Assembly: GCF_009914755.1 (NCBI RefSeq)
Contig: NC_060938.1
Reading direction: 5' to 3' (one strand)
From: the human T2T-CHM13v2.0 reference genome, Homo sapiens
DNA: 64,000 nucleotides
Both the position numbers and the translations under genes were made by a program. Positions 59,382 through 64,000 of this stretch are shown here, one piece after another (position 1 is the first letter of the stretch; the number at the start of each line of letters is the position of its first letter). The notes below the pieces were generated by a model, which was not told the DNA's origin, made no database searches, and was given only the letters and a program-made list of their open reading frames with translations.

Positions 59382-60105
59382 CTTACTCCTATTATCTACC
59401 TTTAAGTTTGTGTTCATTAACCAGCCTCTTCCCATCCTTCCCTACCCACTCCCCTTCTAAGCCTCTAGCAACCACAATTCTACTCTCTACGTCTATGACC
59501 TCTTTTTTTGTTTTTAATGGATACTACATATGCATGAGAACATGCAGTATTTATCTCTCTGACTTATTTCACATAACATAATGTCCTCCAGGGTGATCCA
59601 TATTGCTGTGTATGAATGCATTTAATTCTCTCTCTCTTTTTTATGACTGAATAGCAATCAATTATGTATATACGACACATCATTCTCTTTATCCATTCAT
59701 CTGTTGATGGATGTTTAGTTTGATTCCATATCTTGGATATTGTGAATCATGCTTCAGTAAACATGGGAATGTAAGTATCCCTTTGACATAATTGATTTCC
59801 TTGCTTTTTGATAAATGCCCATTCCTGTGATTGCTGGATCAGATGGTAATTAAATTTTTACTTTTTGAGGAACCTCCATACTGTTTTTCATAATGGCCGT
59901 ACTAATTTACATATCCACAAACAGTGCATAAGTTCCTGTTTCTCTTCGTCGTCACCAGCATATGTTATCTTTGATCTTTTATAATAGCCATTCTGACTGG
60001 GGTGAGATGATATCTCATTGCAGTTTTGATTTATGTTTCCCTGATGACTAGGGATGTTGAGCATTCATTCATATATTTGTTGGCTATTTGTTTGTCTTCT
60101 TTTGA

Positions 60106-60428
<323 letters not shown>

Positions 60429-60988
60429 CCTTTTTCCAGTTTTTAATCAGATTTTTTGATGGGTTGTGTGAGTTCCATATATATTCTGGACATTATTCCC
60501 TTGTCAGGTAAATAATTTGCAAATATTTTCTTTCATTCAACAGACTATATTTCTTTACTCTGTTGATCTTCTTTTTTTGCTCTACAGAAGCTTTTTAGTT
60601 TGGTATAGTTCCGTTTGTCTATTTTTGTTTTTATTGCCTGTGCCTTTGAAATCTTTAAAATCTTTGCTTAGACAGATGTCCTGAAGCATTTCTTATATGT
60701 TTTCTTGTAGTTATTTTGTAATTTCAGGTCACAGGTTTAAATCTTTAATCCATTTTGAGTTGATTTTTGTGGTGAGAAGGATGTACTTTCATTCTTCTGC
60801 ATATAAATATCCAATTTTCCAACACCATTTAGATATTTTATTCTTTTTAGCAGGTATTGACTGCAAATGGGCTTGCTTTCCTGATTTTTTTTTCAGCTAG
60901 TTGGTTATTCTATAAAAACATCACTGATTCTTGCATGTTGATTTTGTATCCTGCAACTTTACTGAATTTGTTTAGAAGTTCAAAGATA

Positions 60989-61180
60989 TTTTATCCTTTT
61001 ATAGATTCAGGAGGGATATGTGCAGGTTTGTTACACACACATATATATATATATAGCATAATGGTGGGATTTGGGTTTCTAGTTTAGTCATCATCTGACT
61101 AGTGAATATTGTACCCAATAGGTAATTTTTCAACCCCAACCTCCCCTCTTTTGGAATCCCCAGTTTCTATTATTTTTCTT
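60989..61180 (-). mobile_element. Short L1PB/PA16-like 3' end inserted in the L1MA
   Basis: ATAGATTCAGGAGGGATATGTGCAGGTTTGTTAC...GTACCCAATAGGTAATTTTTCAACC. Confidence 0.75.
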
Positions 61181-64000
61181 CCTAGAGTTTTTTGAAGAGT
61201 CTTCAGGATTTTTTATATGTAAGATTATGTCATCTGCAAAGAGGGACAACTTGCCTTTCTCCTTTCTAATTTAGATGAACTTTATTTCCTTTTGTGGCCT
61301 AATTTTTCTTACAAGGAATTCCAGTTCTATCTTAAATACAAGTTGTAAAAGTATACATTCTTTTCTTGTTCTAGTTCTTAAAGGCTTTTAGCTTTTCTCC
61401 ATTCAGTGTGATATTGTCTGAGTGTTTTTCATATTTGGACTTTATTGTGTTTAGGTATAATCTTTCTATACTTAATTTTTTAGAGTGTTTATTATGAAGG
61501 GAGTTGAATTTTATCAGATGCTTTCTTTGGATTTGAGATGATCATATGATTTGCTTTTCATCTATCATTCTGTTGATGTGATGTAGCACATCTATTGATT
61601 TTTATATGTTGAACCATCCTCGCATACCTGGGATAAATTCCACTCAATCGTAGTGTATTTTTTTTTTTTTTTTGATGTGCCTTTGGATTCAGATTCCTAG
61701 TATTTTGTTCAGGATTTTTGCATCTATGCTAATCATGGATACTGACCTCTAGTTTTTTTTGTGATTGTTGTTGCATCCTTCTTTAGTTTTGGTATCTGGG
61801 TACTACTGACCTCGTAGAATGAATTAGGAAGAATTTCCACCTTTTTAATTTTTTGGAAGAGTTTCAGCAAAATAGATGTTCTTCTTTTAAAGCTTTTTGG
61901 TCCTGGGCTTTTTGTTGGGAGACTTTTTTATTGCCAGTTTAATCTCGTTACTCATTATTGATCTGCTCAGGTTTTCTATTTCTTCCTGATTTAATTTGTG
62001 AGATTATATGTGTCCAGGAATGTATCCATTTAATATAAGTTTTCTAATTTCTTAGTGTGCAGTTGTTCATAATAATTTCTAGTGGTCCTTTGTATTTCTG
62101 TTGTATCAGTTGTAATGTCTCATTTTTTATTTCTGATTTTACTTATTTGAGTCTTCCTTTTTTCTTGATTAGTCTAGCTACTGGTTTGTAAATATAGTTT
62201 ATCTTTCGATAAAACCAGTGTTTCTTGTGATCCTTTGTGGGTTTTTGTCTCTATTTACTTCTGCTCTGATGTTTCCTTCTTCTTATTTTAGGTTTGGCTT
62301 GTTCTTCCTTTTCTGGTTTCTTGAGGTGCTTTGTCAGATTGATTAAGTGAAATTGTTCAAATGGTTTAAGTGTTTATTGCTGTAAACTTCCCTTTTAGTA
62401 CTGTTTCTCAGTACACTATAAGTTTTTGGTATGCTGTTTCTATATTAATTTGTTTCAAGACTTCTTTGGTGTCTTTAAATTTCTTAATTGAACCATAAGT
62501 TTCTCAGGGTCTTTTCTCTTTTTTTCTTGATTAATCTTATTAATTTTTGATTTTCATGTATTTGTAGAATTTCCAAAGTTCCTCTTGTTACTAATTTCTA
62601 GTTTTACTCCATTATGGTTTGAGAAGACACTTGATATAATACTGATTTTTGAAAATTTCTTGAGGCCAGTCTTGTGGCCTAACATGTGGTCTGTCTTGTA
62701 GAATGTTCTATGTGCTGATGTCAAAAAATGGATCTAAAATGGTTTACAGGCCATATTTGGTCCAACAGCTGCAGTTGGACCAAATATGTTCTGTAAGCCA
62801 TCTTTAGATCCATTTGGACACACATTTTTGAAGGATAACTTTGTTGGGTATAGTGTTATTAATCAGTAGGTATTTTTTGTTTTAGTACTTTGCTTAAACC
62901 ATTTTTTTTCTCTCTTGGCTTATAATGGTTCTGCTGAGAAATTTACTGTTAGTCTGAAGGGGATTCCCTTATATGTAACTTGATGCCTTTTGCTGTTTTT
63001 AGAATTATTTCTTTGTCTTTGACTCTTGGCAGTTTGAGAGATATATGTCTCAGGGATGACATTTTTGGGTTGAGTATTTTGGGGACATTTGACCTTTCCA
63101 GATCTTGATGTCTGTCTCTCAAGATTTGGGAAGTTGTCAGCCATTATTTTACGAAATAAGTTTTCTATGCCTTTTCTACACTCATTTCCTTCTATAATTC
63201 ACAAAATGTGAATATTTATTTACTTGATGGTTTCCCATGTCATGTAGGTTTATTCATTCTTTTTTAAATTTTTTTTTCCTTTTGTCTGGGTTATTTTTAA
63301 AAACCTATCTTCAAGTACTAAAATTATCTTCTGCTTGATCTAGTCGATTGTTGAAGCTTTCAATTGTATTTTTTTAATTTTAATCATTGAATTCTTGAGT
63401 TCCGGGATTTCTGTTTAGTTGTTTTTTATGACATTCTATTTAATTTCTCATTTAGATCACCAGTTGTTTTTTTTTTCTGATTTATGTATATTTTCTATCT
63501 GTGTTCTTTTGTATCTACTAAGTTTTAAAAGATTATTATTTAAATTTGTTAAGGTATTTCATAGATTTTCTTTTGGGGCTCTGTTATTGGAGAATTATTG
63601 TGTTTCTATGGCAGTGTCATATTTCCTTTTTCATGTGTCTTGCATCCCTACATTGATAACTGTGTATATGGTTAGCAATTTCGTCTTTCAGTTTTCTGGA
63701 TTAGCTTTTTTAGGTAAACTTTTTTCTGTAGACATATCTATAGTGTCATTTGGGTAGAGTGTTTTGGCTTTGGTTCAGGTGGTTGCATTAGTGTAGTCTC
63801 TGTATGGTTACTTTGGCTGTAAATAATGTTAACAGTGTCTGCAGTTTCCCTAGGGCGTTCAGGTGAGGTTGTTCATGGAGTCAGCGACAAGACTTTCCTG
63901 GCAACATGGATATTTGGTGGGCTTGTTCTTTGGCTCCTAAGGGTTGTGCACAGGCACTGGCAGTGTTAGCAGTGGGTTGTTCTTGGGCTCCTGGGTGGTG

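Overview
Repeat-dense primate genomic DNA, most likely hominoid and probably human, since AluY elements and an L1PA3/4-type 3' end are present. I see no confident protein-coding exon, RNA gene or CpG island, and none of the supplied ORFs is a recognisable host gene; the longer ones trace to transposable elements. The window holds about 22 Alus and several L1s, including a full-length L1PA12-14-like element inside an old L1MC/MD that itself carries a younger L1 with an apparent 3' transduction. It also has a two-LTR THE1 MaLR, ERVL-class protease and RNase H remnants, and MLT1 solo LTRs. DNA-transposon fossils come from three superfamilies: piggyBac (Looper-like), hAT (full-length Charlie3, MER58, Charlie-like) and pogo/Tigger (Tigger1, Tigger3, MER44, MER47). 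Element orientation and T-rich unique DNA hint at a large intron of a + strand gene. I found no evidence of a new biological system. The noteworthy items are mechanistic footprints of retrotransposition and DNA repair. Subfamily names come from recalled consensus diagnostics and should be confirmed with RepeatMasker/Dfam.
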